A stretch of DNA of 64,000 bases, from the NCBI GenBank assembly GCA_964590105.1, contig CAZPYM010000005.1, forward strand, positions 19,015 through 83,014, read 5' to 3'. The notes beneath the pieces are model-generated. The model was not told the origin of the DNA. It did no database searches and worked only from the letters and a program-made list of their open reading frames with translations. Each line of letters opens with the position of its first letter. Within the stretch, counting starts at the first letter, position 1. Position numbers and translations under genes: made by a program. The stretch is from an uncultured Gammaproteobacteria bacterium (lineage in GTDB: Bacteria > Patescibacteriota > Patescibacteriia > UBA11705 > JABHMO01). Below, piece after piece: positions 44,822 to 53,081 of the stretch.

Positions 44822-45346
44822 TCAATTGCAGGCAAAAGATTTCTCAATGCTTTCAAAAGCATTTTTGTTTTTGCTATGATCTTCGTTTGCTTCCTGAAAA
44901 ATCAAGCCGGTAGATGCGCTAGGACAATCTTTGGCAATAATATATCCTTGATGCTTGATGTCCTGCACTTTGAAACTGTAATTAACACGATTATTTTTGG
45001 CATCAATTTCCCCAAATTTAATTTCTATGCCGTGATCTTCAGCGTATGTTTTTTGATAATATACTTTCAGTATTTCAAGCATTTGTTCTGCCGGCAGTGA
45101 ATTGGTTGTCCATTTGACCAGCACTAGCCCGCTTTCGCTTGATCCTTGTTTTTCGCACACTGCGAAATATTCATTTTCCAAAATTTGCTTATCTTCGGTT
45201 ATTTTCCATTCCGCCGGACAATCAAACCGAATGCCGGCCTTTGAATAAGTGGCGCCTTTTTCTTCAACGGTTTGCTTCGGTTCGGATGAACAGCCAGTCA
45301 GCAGGACAAGCAGAACGGCTGATAATATAAATAAAGTTTTATTCAT
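44822..45346 (-). CDS. Putative lipoprotein
   Basis: MNKTLFILSAVLLVLLTGC lipobox. Confidence 0.75.
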   Translation of the reverse strand: MNKTLFILSAVLLVLLTGCSSEPKQTVEEKGATYSKAGIRFDCPAEWKITEDKQILENEYFAVCEKQGSSESGLVLVKWTTNSLPAEQMLEILKVYYQKTYAEDHGIEIKFGEIDAKNNRVNYSFKVQDIKHQGYIIAKDCPSASTGLIFQEANEDHSKNKNAFESIEKSFACN

Positions 45347-45351
45347 AAAGA

Positions 45352-45605
45352 TTATTTGTTTGTACATTTTGATTGATAACATTGACAGGGTTCGGGATCG
45401 CTCGATGCAGTCCAGGTCTTTGCCACAGGTTTTTTCCCACCATTTCAGATTAACGCATTCAGTTGCCCCTTTGCAAGCGCAGTAGCCGTAATCTGAGGCT
45501 AAAAGGGGTTATTTGCCTCGGGAATCGTGGTCTCGGCACTGTTTTGCGCCCTGGAGTAGCCGCTGACAATGAAAACCAGGAATATAATTAAAATGATTTT
45601 TTCAT
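45352..45605 (-). pseudogene. Frameshifted small Cys-rich secreted/lipoprotein gene
   Basis: Signal-like KKIILIIFLVFIVSG, then YCACKGATECVN and PEPCQCYQSKC in different frames. Confidence 0.45.
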
Positions 45606-45693
45606 AGGTAATTAAAGCTCAAATTCTATTTCCATTTTAGCATAATTCGTGTATTATATGAAGGATGGGAGAAAGAAGATAGATTCTTTTTTT

Positions 45694-45924
45694 ATGTGCT
45701 TAACCAAGCCTGTGCAAATAATTTCAATTGATAGTGAGACTGCTGAGATTATGGACGATCACGGCGCTCTACGAACCATTATTGTTGCCGCGGTTCAGGA
45801 TGTTCAGGTCGGCGATTGGGTTTTAGTAAATGCAAATCTGGCAGTTCAAAAGATTAATGAAAAAGAAGCGCTTGAACTTAAAGAGCTTGTTAAGTTGATG
45901 GACTCAAACCAGTTAATCAGTTAA
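45694..45924 (+). CDS. HypC/HupF-family chaperone-like protein
   Basis: MCLTKP N-terminus; VQVGDWVLVNANLAVQKI. Confidence 0.75.
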   Translation: MCLTKPVQIISIDSETAEIMDDHGALRTIIVAAVQDVQVGDWVLVNANLAVQKINEKEALELKELVKLMDSNQLIS

Positions 45925-45971
45925 TCTAGTTAATCAACGAATTAACTAATTAACCAATTAACTAATTAACA
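45905..45971. repeat. Octamer tandem repeats in inverted arrangement
   Basis: (agttaatc)n followed by (aattaact/aattaacc)n. Confidence 0.65.
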
Positions 45972-45976
45972 TTTAT

Positions 45977-46897
45977 ATGACCAACACAAAAAAGGGAATT
46001 TATCTTGCTTTGGCCACAGCGCTCGTGAGCGGCGTGGCTGTTTTCCTAAGTAAATTCGCAACCGCCGCAGTGGGCGATTCAAATGTTTTTACGACCGCGA
46101 AAAATATTGTCGTGGCTTTGATTTTAAGTCTGCTAATCCTGACTCCGGCGCTCTGGACAAAACTGAAAAGTTTGAAAAAGGGCGATTGGATCAGATTGGC
46201 GGCGATTGGAATAGTGGGTGGGAGTATCCCCTTTCTGCTATTTTTCAAGGGGTTGTCAATGTCCGGCTCGGTAAATTCAGCTTTTATTCACAAAACATTA
46301 TTTATTTGGGTAATGCTCCTGGCAATTCCCTTTCTTAAAGAAAAATTTTCCAGGATTCAATTGGCGGCGTTCGGGCTACTTGTTGTAGGGAATTTTTTGT
46401 TAGTCGGCATCAAATCATGGAGCTTTGGCAGTGCTGATTTGATGATTCTCGGCGCCACATTGCTATGGGCTGTGGAATATATTATTGCCAAAAAAGTTTT
46501 GGTCAGGATTGAGTCCAAAATTGTTGCCTGGTCGCGAATGTTTTTTGGTTCAATAATCCTGATTGGCTTTGTGTTATTTATTGGCAAGGGAGCGGCTTTA
46601 GTCAGTATGAATACGACCCAATGGGCTTGGATTGGCTTAATTTCGGTCTTTTTGCTGGGCTATGTTTTGACCTGGTATGAAGCCCTGAAACTCCTGCCGG
46701 CTTCTATTGTCACGAGTGTTCTCGTCATTGCTTCGCCGATTACCACGCTTTTGAACACAATTTTTGTTCAGCACAAATTTTCTTTGAATCAGGTTTTTGG
46801 CAGTCTGATTATAGCTGTTTCGGTTGGCTTGATATACTATGGATTTGTGAAGTTTCAGGCGCAAGAAAAGCTTGAACAGGTGGCTCTTAAAAATTAG
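45977..46897 (+). CDS. EamA/DMT family transporter
   Basis: About 10 TM helices in two EamA repeats; FLKEK motif. Confidence 0.85.
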   Translation: MTNTKKGIYLALATALVSGVAVFLSKFATAAVGDSNVFTTAKNIVVALILSLLILTPALWTKLKSLKKGDWIRLAAIGIVGGSIPFLLFFKGLSMSGSVNSAFIHKTLFIWVMLLAIPFLKEKFSRIQLAAFGLLVVGNFLLVGIKSWSFGSADLMILGATLLWAVEYIIAKKVLVRIESKIVAWSRMFFGSIILIGFVLFIGKGAALVSMNTTQWAWIGLISVFLLGYVLTWYEALKLLPASIVTSVLVIASPITTLLNTIFVQHKFSLNQVFGSLIIAVSVGLIYYGFVKFQAQEKLEQVALKN

Positions 46898-46918
46898 AGA
46901 TTATATAAAATTACAATT

Positions 46919-46951
46919 AAAAAACGCCCAACTAAGTTGGGGCGTTTTTTT
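46919..46951. terminator. Bidirectional terminator
   Basis: aaaaaacgcccaact-aagttggggcgtttttt. Confidence 0.75.
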
Positions 46952-46964
46952 GATTATATATAAG

Positions 46965-48206
46965 TTATTGAAATATATTATCCCCTGCCGAATACCCAGT
47001 ACTCCAGGCCACTTGTAAATTATATCCGCCGGTCGGGCCGTCAAGATCCAGAATTTCGCCGGCAAAATACAGGTTGTCAAGAATTTTTGATTTCATGGTC
47101 TGCGGGTCAACTTCTTTTAGGTCAACGCCGCCGGAAGTTATAATGGCTTTTTCAAAGCCAACAAGACCTTTGACTGTAAGTTCAAACTCTTTGAGAAGTT
47201 TAAGTAATTTTTTCCGTTCGTCCTTGGTAATTTCATTTACTGCTTTGTCCGGCTTGATTCCCGATAATTCAATTATAACAGGGATGAGCTTTCCCGGCAG
47301 TAATTTGTCTAAACTGTTTTTGAATTTTTTGTTTTTTTGTTCTTCGAAATCGCGTAGAATTCTTTTATCCAGAGTCGGATAATCCAGGGCCGGTTTGAAA
47401 TCAATTTTTATTTTTAGGTTTTTATTAATGTTGGAACTTATTTTTTTGCTTAAATCCAGGATAACCGGCCCGCTCAAGCCATTGGCGGTGAAAAGCGCTT
47501 CGCCAAATTCAGATGCCAATTTCTGCCCCGCCCATAAACTGACCTCAGCGTTTTTTAAACTTAATCCTTCAAGTCTTTTTACAATTTGTTCTTTAACAAT
47601 AACGGGAGTAAGCGCAGGTTTTGGCTCGATGATTGTGTGACCGAGTTGTTTCAGCCATTTGTAAGCTTCGCCGGTAGAACCCGTGCCGGGATAAGATTTT
47701 CCGCCGGTAGCGAGAATATAATTGTCCGCTTGAATTTCTTCGCCGTTCATCAAGATGATTTTTTCAATTTTATTATTTTTGGCTGTTATTTTTTTGACCG
47801 AACTATTAAACTTAACTTCCACTTTATTGATTTCTAAATATTGAACCAAACAATTAACTACATCTCGAGCCTTGTCTGAAACTGGAAAGACTCGGTTGCC
47901 CCTTTCAATTTTTGTTTTTAATCTGTGTTTTTCGAAAAAGTCCACGACTTCTTTGTTGGGAAATTTATTTAGGGCGGAATACAAAAATTTTCCATTTGGC
48001 CCGTAAGCATTAATTATTTTTTTCAAATCTTCCTCGGCATTGGTAATGTTGCATCTGCCTTTGCCGGTAATGAGAAGTTTTGCGCCGAGAGTATTATTTT
48101 TCTCGATCAAAGCAACGCCGGCGCCGAGTTCTGCCGCGTGTCCGGCGGCCATCATGCCGGCCGGTCCGCCGCCAATAACGGCCAGCTGGTATTTATTCTT
48201 GGTCAT
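46965..48206 (-). CDS. HI0933/YhiN(BaiN)-family flavoprotein
   Basis: GGGPAGM, GKGRCN.TN, ATGGKSYP.TG, T.GGV, GGYNLQ.A. Confidence 0.92.
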   Translation of the reverse strand: MTKNKYQLAVIGGGPAGMMAAGHAAELGAGVALIEKNNTLGAKLLITGKGRCNITNAEEDLKKIINAYGPNGKFLYSALNKFPNKEVVDFFEKHRLKTKIERGNRVFPVSDKARDVVNCLVQYLEINKVEVKFNSSVKKITAKNNKIEKIILMNGEEIQADNYILATGGKSYPGTGSTGEAYKWLKQLGHTIIEPKPALTPVIVKEQIVKRLEGLSLKNAEVSLWAGQKLASEFGEALFTANGLSGPVILDLSKKISSNINKNLKIKIDFKPALDYPTLDKRILRDFEEQKNKKFKNSLDKLLPGKLIPVIIELSGIKPDKAVNEITKDERKKLLKLLKEFELTVKGLVGFEKAIITSGGVDLKEVDPQTMKSKILDNLYFAGEILDLDGPTGGYNLQVAWSTGYSAGDNIFQ

Positions 48207-49809
48207 AAGCATTGATAATGGCTTCGCTGACTATCATACCATCTACGGCAGATGAAACAATGCCGCCGGCATAGCCAGCTCCTTCGCCCGCCGGATAGAT
48301 GCCGGCAATATTTGATTGCTTTGTTTCATTGTCGCGTGTAATGCGTAGAGGCGCGGAAGATCTGCTTTCAATTGCCGTTAAAACAGCGTCTGGGTGGGCA
48401 AAGCCTTTTAGTTTTTTTTCCAGTTCCGGTAGTGCTTCTCTCAGGCTATTAACCACAAAGTCCGGCAAACAATCATCCAGCGATGCCGGAGTCACTCCGG
48501 GTTTATAAGTTGGAATTATGCTTTTAATTTCCTTTGATTTTTTCATGTTTAGAAAATCGCCAACAAGCTGAACAGGGGCAAAATAATTTTTACCGCCGAT
48601 TTCAAAGGTCTTTTGTTCCCATTTTTTTTGAAATTCAAGGCCGGCTAGCGGATGATCTGATTCAAAGTCTTTGCTGGCGACATTTACCAGCAGGGCGGAA
48701 TTTGAATTTTCTCCGTCCCGAGCATATTTGCTCATGCCATTGGTGACAACACAGCCTTCTTCAGATATGGCCGGCACTACGTAACCGCTAGGACACATGC
48801 AAAAGGTGTATACGCTTCGATTTTTGGCGCTATGGCTGACTAATTTATATCTGGCGGAACCTAATTTTTTGTGATTGAAAAAGTTATCGTATTGAGCTTT
48901 GTTTATGGCTTCGGCTTTGTGCTCTATTCGTACGCCGATTGAAAAACCTTTTTGTTCCAGGTTTAATTTTCTTTTAAATAGCATTTTATAAGTGTCGCGG
49001 GCAGAGTAGCCGATGGCCAGGACCAGCTTGTCAGTTTTTATTTGTTTTTGGCCATTTAAAATTACGGCAGTTAATTTGCCGTCTGAGATTTTTATATCAG
49101 TTAATTCTGTGTTGAAGCGCACTTCGCCACCGAGCTTAATAATTTGTTTTCTGATGTTTTTGGCAACTTCCCTTATTTTGTCCGTGCCAATATGCGGCTC
49201 GGCATCCCAAAGTATTTGTTCCGGCGCGCCGGCCGTCACCAGTTCGTCAAAAATATATTTTATGCGCGGATTGGTGATGAGGGTGTTTAACTTGCCGTCT
49301 GAAAAAGTGCCTGCCCCTCCCTCACCGAATTGAATGTTTGATCTGGGGTTTAATTTTCCGGTTGAAAGAAAAATCTCAACATCTTTTATCCGCGAATCAA
49401 CATCAGCTCCGCGGTCTATAACCAGCGGATTCAAGCCGGCTTTTGCCAATACTAGCGCTGCAAATAGGCCGCAAGGACCTGTTCCCACTACGATTGGGTG
49501 GCTTTTGGTTTTTGCCAGATCAATCGGAGGAATCTTATAAATGTATGGCTCTTTAATTTTTATTCGATGGCGGGTGATGTTTTGTTGAACAAGTTTTTTG
49601 TTCAGTGTTTTTTGTTCATCTTTTACTGCAACATCAACAGAATACACAAAATAAATCATCAGGCGTTTTTTGCGCGAGTCTATGGCGCGTTTTGTTATAG
49701 TGAAGCGTGTTATCTCGGCTAAACTTAAATCCAGAATCTGAGCAATTTTTCTTGGCAGTTCGCTGTCCGCGTGAGTGATTGGCAGGGTAATTTGTTGGAT
49801 GGAGATCAT
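48193..49809 (-). CDS. FAD-dependent oxidoreductase (COG2509-type)
   Basis: GTGPCG, FGEGGAGTFSDGKL, FCMCP.G, GEGAGYAGGI.S. Confidence 0.9.
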   Translation of the reverse strand: MISIQQITLPITHADSELPRKIAQILDLSLAEITRFTITKRAIDSRKKRLMIYFVYSVDVAVKDEQKTLNKKLVQQNITRHRIKIKEPYIYKIPPIDLAKTKSHPIVVGTGPCGLFAALVLAKAGLNPLVIDRGADVDSRIKDVEIFLSTGKLNPRSNIQFGEGGAGTFSDGKLNTLITNPRIKYIFDELVTAGAPEQILWDAEPHIGTDKIREVAKNIRKQIIKLGGEVRFNTELTDIKISDGKLTAVILNGQKQIKTDKLVLAIGYSARDTYKMLFKRKLNLEQKGFSIGVRIEHKAEAINKAQYDNFFNHKKLGSARYKLVSHSAKNRSVYTFCMCPSGYVVPAISEEGCVVTNGMSKYARDGENSNSALLVNVASKDFESDHPLAGLEFQKKWEQKTFEIGGKNYFAPVQLVGDFLNMKKSKEIKSIIPTYKPGVTPASLDDCLPDFVVNSLREALPELEKKLKGFAHPDAVLTAIESRSSAPLRITRDNETKQSNIAGIYPAGEGAGYAGGIVSSAVDGMIVSEAIINAYDQE

Positions 49810-49825
49810 GTGTTTTTGGCAGTCA

Positions 49826-50335
49826 TTATTTCTGTTTGTGGTAATACCAATCCGGAGTATAATCCAAAGAAATTCCGCCAAAAGCGACCGGTTGACCTTG
49901 TTTGTGAGTTTGGCGATTGAAATTTAAACTTTGTTCCGCAATTTTTTTGATTATGTCCAGCTTTCTTTTTAAGCTTTCATCCTGGATCGATTGTTTCCTT
50001 TTTTCTAAAAATTTCAGATAGGCTAAACTAATACTTTCAGATAAAAGCCAGCTAACTCCGGCTCGGCCCTCGTTTGTGTTTGTTTTATTAATTTTTTCAA
50101 TAAATCCTTTTAGTTGCGCCTGCCAGTCTGCCGGATTTTCCTTTTTAATTTCTTCAATCAGAAAAGCCAGGCTTACTCTGGAGCTTGTAGTTTCTATGGC
50201 CAAACCCTCGACGTTTTTAAGTTGTTCTAGTAGATTATCATATTCCGTAATTTCAGTTTTGAAAGGTTCTTTTTGCGTTTTATTTCCATCTTTCGTAATG
50301 GAGGCACGTGAAATTTGATTTTTAAAACCTACCAT
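49826..50335 (-). CDS. Hypothetical protein
   Basis: 169-aa ORF in the minus-strand gene run. Confidence 0.6.
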   Translation of the reverse strand: MVGFKNQISRASITKDGNKTQKEPFKTEITEYDNLLEQLKNVEGLAIETTSSRVSLAFLIEEIKKENPADWQAQLKGFIEKINKTNTNEGRAGVSWLLSESISLAYLKFLEKRKQSIQDESLKRKLDIIKKIAEQSLNFNRQTHKQGQPVAFGGISLDYTPDWYYHKQK

Positions 50336-50363
50336 ATTTTTATTTTTAAAAATATTAAATTGT

Positions 50364-52442
50364 CTAGATCCCCATGAATTCTTTTTCTTGTTTTGTTATA
50401 TAAAATTTAAGTGCTTGGATTGTCTTGTCGAATTCATCAGGATTGTCTATGTTTGACCTAATTTTTTCTTGAAGCTTCATTATTTCAAGAAGATCCTCCT
50501 CGTCCACCTGTGCGCCAATAGAGGTACTGAATTCTGTTAAAAGTGTTTCAACTCTATCAGGGGTACGTGTTTCGAGGGCTTCAAATCCTCTAACTAAATC
50601 TCTAACTTCGTTACTAATGGTTGCTTGCTCGAATGATTGGAAAAGTTCTTCAATGTCTGATGTATTTTCATCAAGCTCTGGTGCAAATTCGAAAACCGCG
50701 TTATCGCTTGAATACCTTAATTGACCTATAAGTGATTTTTTTTCTTCCTCGGTTTTGGCCACTCTTATTTGCCTTATGATTTTCGCCATGTGTTCCATGA
50801 CATCTTCCGAAACGCCAAAATCTTCCATAGCTTTTTTAAAGGCCTTGGTTGAAATTTTATCACCAAAGAGATCACCGATTAGTGCTTGTGACCTGGAAAT
50901 ATCCATAGTAATATGCGGAACCATCCTGCCCTTGTTTTCTGCTATTTTAATATCTTTTAATACACCGGCGTATTGTCCTAAGGTCATTTCTACTGTGACT
51001 GGGTTAAACTGATTCTCAATAGCACTGTGAAATCCTGATTTTCTGACCGCATCAGGCTCGTTATCTGCTAGTGTGCGTAACTGAGCTTTGTACATTTCCA
51101 GGGCTTCAGACGTGACTTCTCCTCCGTGTTTATCGGCAAAAAGTTTTACTTTTTGTAATATTTTGATAACCCTTGGTTCCCTAAAGAAAGCTGGGCATTT
51201 TGTTTCCGCTGTGACTCCCAGGGCGTCAACTGTTGAGGTGATTGAGCGAATCAGATCAGGATTAAACCCTTTTTTTGGATCGGCTGGAGTTCTGTATTCT
51301 GATTTTGGATAGCTGTGTTGTAAAATTCCGTCTCTGATCATTTCATAACCATCTTTACCGAATTTTTGTGTGTAATATTCTGTATTGGCTTCTATGAATT
51401 TTGTGCTGAAAAGAGGATGGTCTTTGGAAGCGGCAAAACTTGCTTTTGCCTGCGCCACACCGACTGTGTAGCCTAAATCGTGATCAATGATAATTTGATG
51501 AATTAAAACTTTGTCTTTGGCTGAAATTTTATTGCCCAAACTGGCCATCATTTTGTCAGCCATTGTCATATTGCCTTCCAAAATATGTCTTGTGCCGTGG
51601 TCGCTGCCGGAAAAAACCTGTTTGTCTCTCTCTGTCTGGTAAGCTAATTTTCTGGCATTATCCCGAGTTACTTCAAAAATTTGTTCGGGCGCCGCATCTG
51701 GGAAAGCCTCTGCATAAACGGCTGTAAACTTTTCCGCTTCTGCATGAATTAATCTTGCTTCATCTTCTTTAATAAAACCTTTTTCAGTTAGTTCTTTTAG
51801 TTCTGAAGAAATTTGTTCGCTAATTTGTTCAGTCCTTTCAATAGTCACCTCAGGTCTATGTCTCAATTCCAACCGGTCAAGGATATCTGAGGTAATGGAA
51901 TCCGGTTTTATCGCCCCGGCTTCTATTTTTCCGGCCAATGCGTTGTAAGCTTCACGCTGCGCCGTTTCGTGATCTTCTAATGTTTTTGCTCCTCGGTGGG
52001 CTTGACTAACTAGTCCTTCTCCGTAATCATCTTTAGTTTTTGCTCTTAATTCAGCTAATTGTTCCCGCGTGTAAGTATCTTTAAGTCCGGTTGATTTTTC
52101 CGTTGTCTCTTCCAGCGCTGCTCCGGTCGGAACTTCGGCAATAATTTTATTCAGCGTTTGTGAGGAAAGTGCCAAGGTTTGTTTCTGGATCTTGGCAATG
52201 GTCGTTTTTCCCGCCTCAACATCTTCAGTCCCGCCAATTGAAATAGCAGCTTTTTCCACGCGGGAAGAACCTGCTTCAATGGTTTCGGCAGCTGTTTCTT
52301 CAACTTTTTTTGCTGTTTGACCTGCCAATTCGATTAGATCTTCTGGTGTTTCAATCTTTCCTACTGGCCTTTCTGCTAATTTGGGCAGTTTTTCTGTTTT
52401 TGGCTGGATTTCTTGATGTTTTAATTGTTCTGCCTGTGGCAT
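50364..52442 (-). CDS. Large protein with acidic N-terminal region and central HD-superfamily domain
   Basis: DHGTRH...DHDLGY...H...QHS...VDALG. Confidence 0.65.
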   Translation of the reverse strand: MPQAEQLKHQEIQPKTEKLPKLAERPVGKIETPEDLIELAGQTAKKVEETAAETIEAGSSRVEKAAISIGGTEDVEAGKTTIAKIQKQTLALSSQTLNKIIAEVPTGAALEETTEKSTGLKDTYTREQLAELRAKTKDDYGEGLVSQAHRGAKTLEDHETAQREAYNALAGKIEAGAIKPDSITSDILDRLELRHRPEVTIERTEQISEQISSELKELTEKGFIKEDEARLIHAEAEKFTAVYAEAFPDAAPEQIFEVTRDNARKLAYQTERDKQVFSGSDHGTRHILEGNMTMADKMMASLGNKISAKDKVLIHQIIIDHDLGYTVGVAQAKASFAASKDHPLFSTKFIEANTEYYTQKFGKDGYEMIRDGILQHSYPKSEYRTPADPKKGFNPDLIRSITSTVDALGVTAETKCPAFFREPRVIKILQKVKLFADKHGGEVTSEALEMYKAQLRTLADNEPDAVRKSGFHSAIENQFNPVTVEMTLGQYAGVLKDIKIAENKGRMVPHITMDISRSQALIGDLFGDKISTKAFKKAMEDFGVSEDVMEHMAKIIRQIRVAKTEEEKKSLIGQLRYSSDNAVFEFAPELDENTSDIEELFQSFEQATISNEVRDLVRGFEALETRTPDRVETLLTEFSTSIGAQVDEEDLLEIMKLQEKIRSNIDNPDEFDKTIQALKFYITKQEKEFMGI

Positions 52443-52453
52443 ATAATTATGGC

Positions 52454-52636
52454 CTAGTTGCTCAGGGTTTTTCTAATCTCTTTTATCTTTTTTTGTTCCA
52501 GTTCTTTTATGAACTGATTGATAATTGTATTCTGTTTAATTTTTAGCTTGTTTAATTTAGCCAAATATTCCGCATAAATAGCTTCAATTTTTTTGGCTTT
52601 TTGTTGGAGCTCTTTTTGGGATATTTTTGGATTCAT
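52454..52636 (-). CDS. Small coiled-coil hypothetical protein
   Basis: 60-aa ORF ending 11 nt before the next start. Confidence 0.5.
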   Translation of the reverse strand: MNPKISQKELQQKAKKIEAIYAEYLAKLNKLKIKQNTIINQFIKELEQKKIKEIRKTLSN

Positions 52637-52738
52637 ACGTTAAAAGTTATACATGGCGGCGAGATAATCATTCTGGTTATTATAATATTACTAGAAAATT
52701 CGATAAAATACAATAATAATTGTTTTACCTCGGTTAAA

Positions 52739-52975
52739 TTATGAGCTCCTGTTGTTTGGATTTTTTTCAGGATAACAACAAAGCACATTGTCGAGATATT
52801 CAATCCCGCAAAAATATTTGCAGATGGAAATGTTTTTTACAGCGCACTTGTGTTTATTGTTTTTTTCAGCTTCGTTCCAGGGGCATTTTATTTGTTTCCA
52901 GGATACCTTGTCTCTGGAGGTTAAGTCAATGTCCATGTTGGCGCCGTCTAGTTTTTTAATTATTTTTTTATTCAT
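52739..52975 (-). CDS. Small Cys-rich hypothetical protein
   Basis: CPWN...CAVK..SIC.YFCG......LCC. Confidence 0.55.
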   Translation of the reverse strand: MNKKIIKKLDGANMDIDLTSRDKVSWKQIKCPWNEAEKNNKHKCAVKNISICKYFCGIEYLDNVLCCYPEKNPNNRSS

Positions 52976-53081
52976 GTGTTTATGGTTTGTTTTATTATGG
53001 AAATCCAAAAGTTTGGTTTTGCCTATTTAAAAACAAAACAACTTATTTATTATAAATAGGCTGCTTTGTAATGTGACTTGC

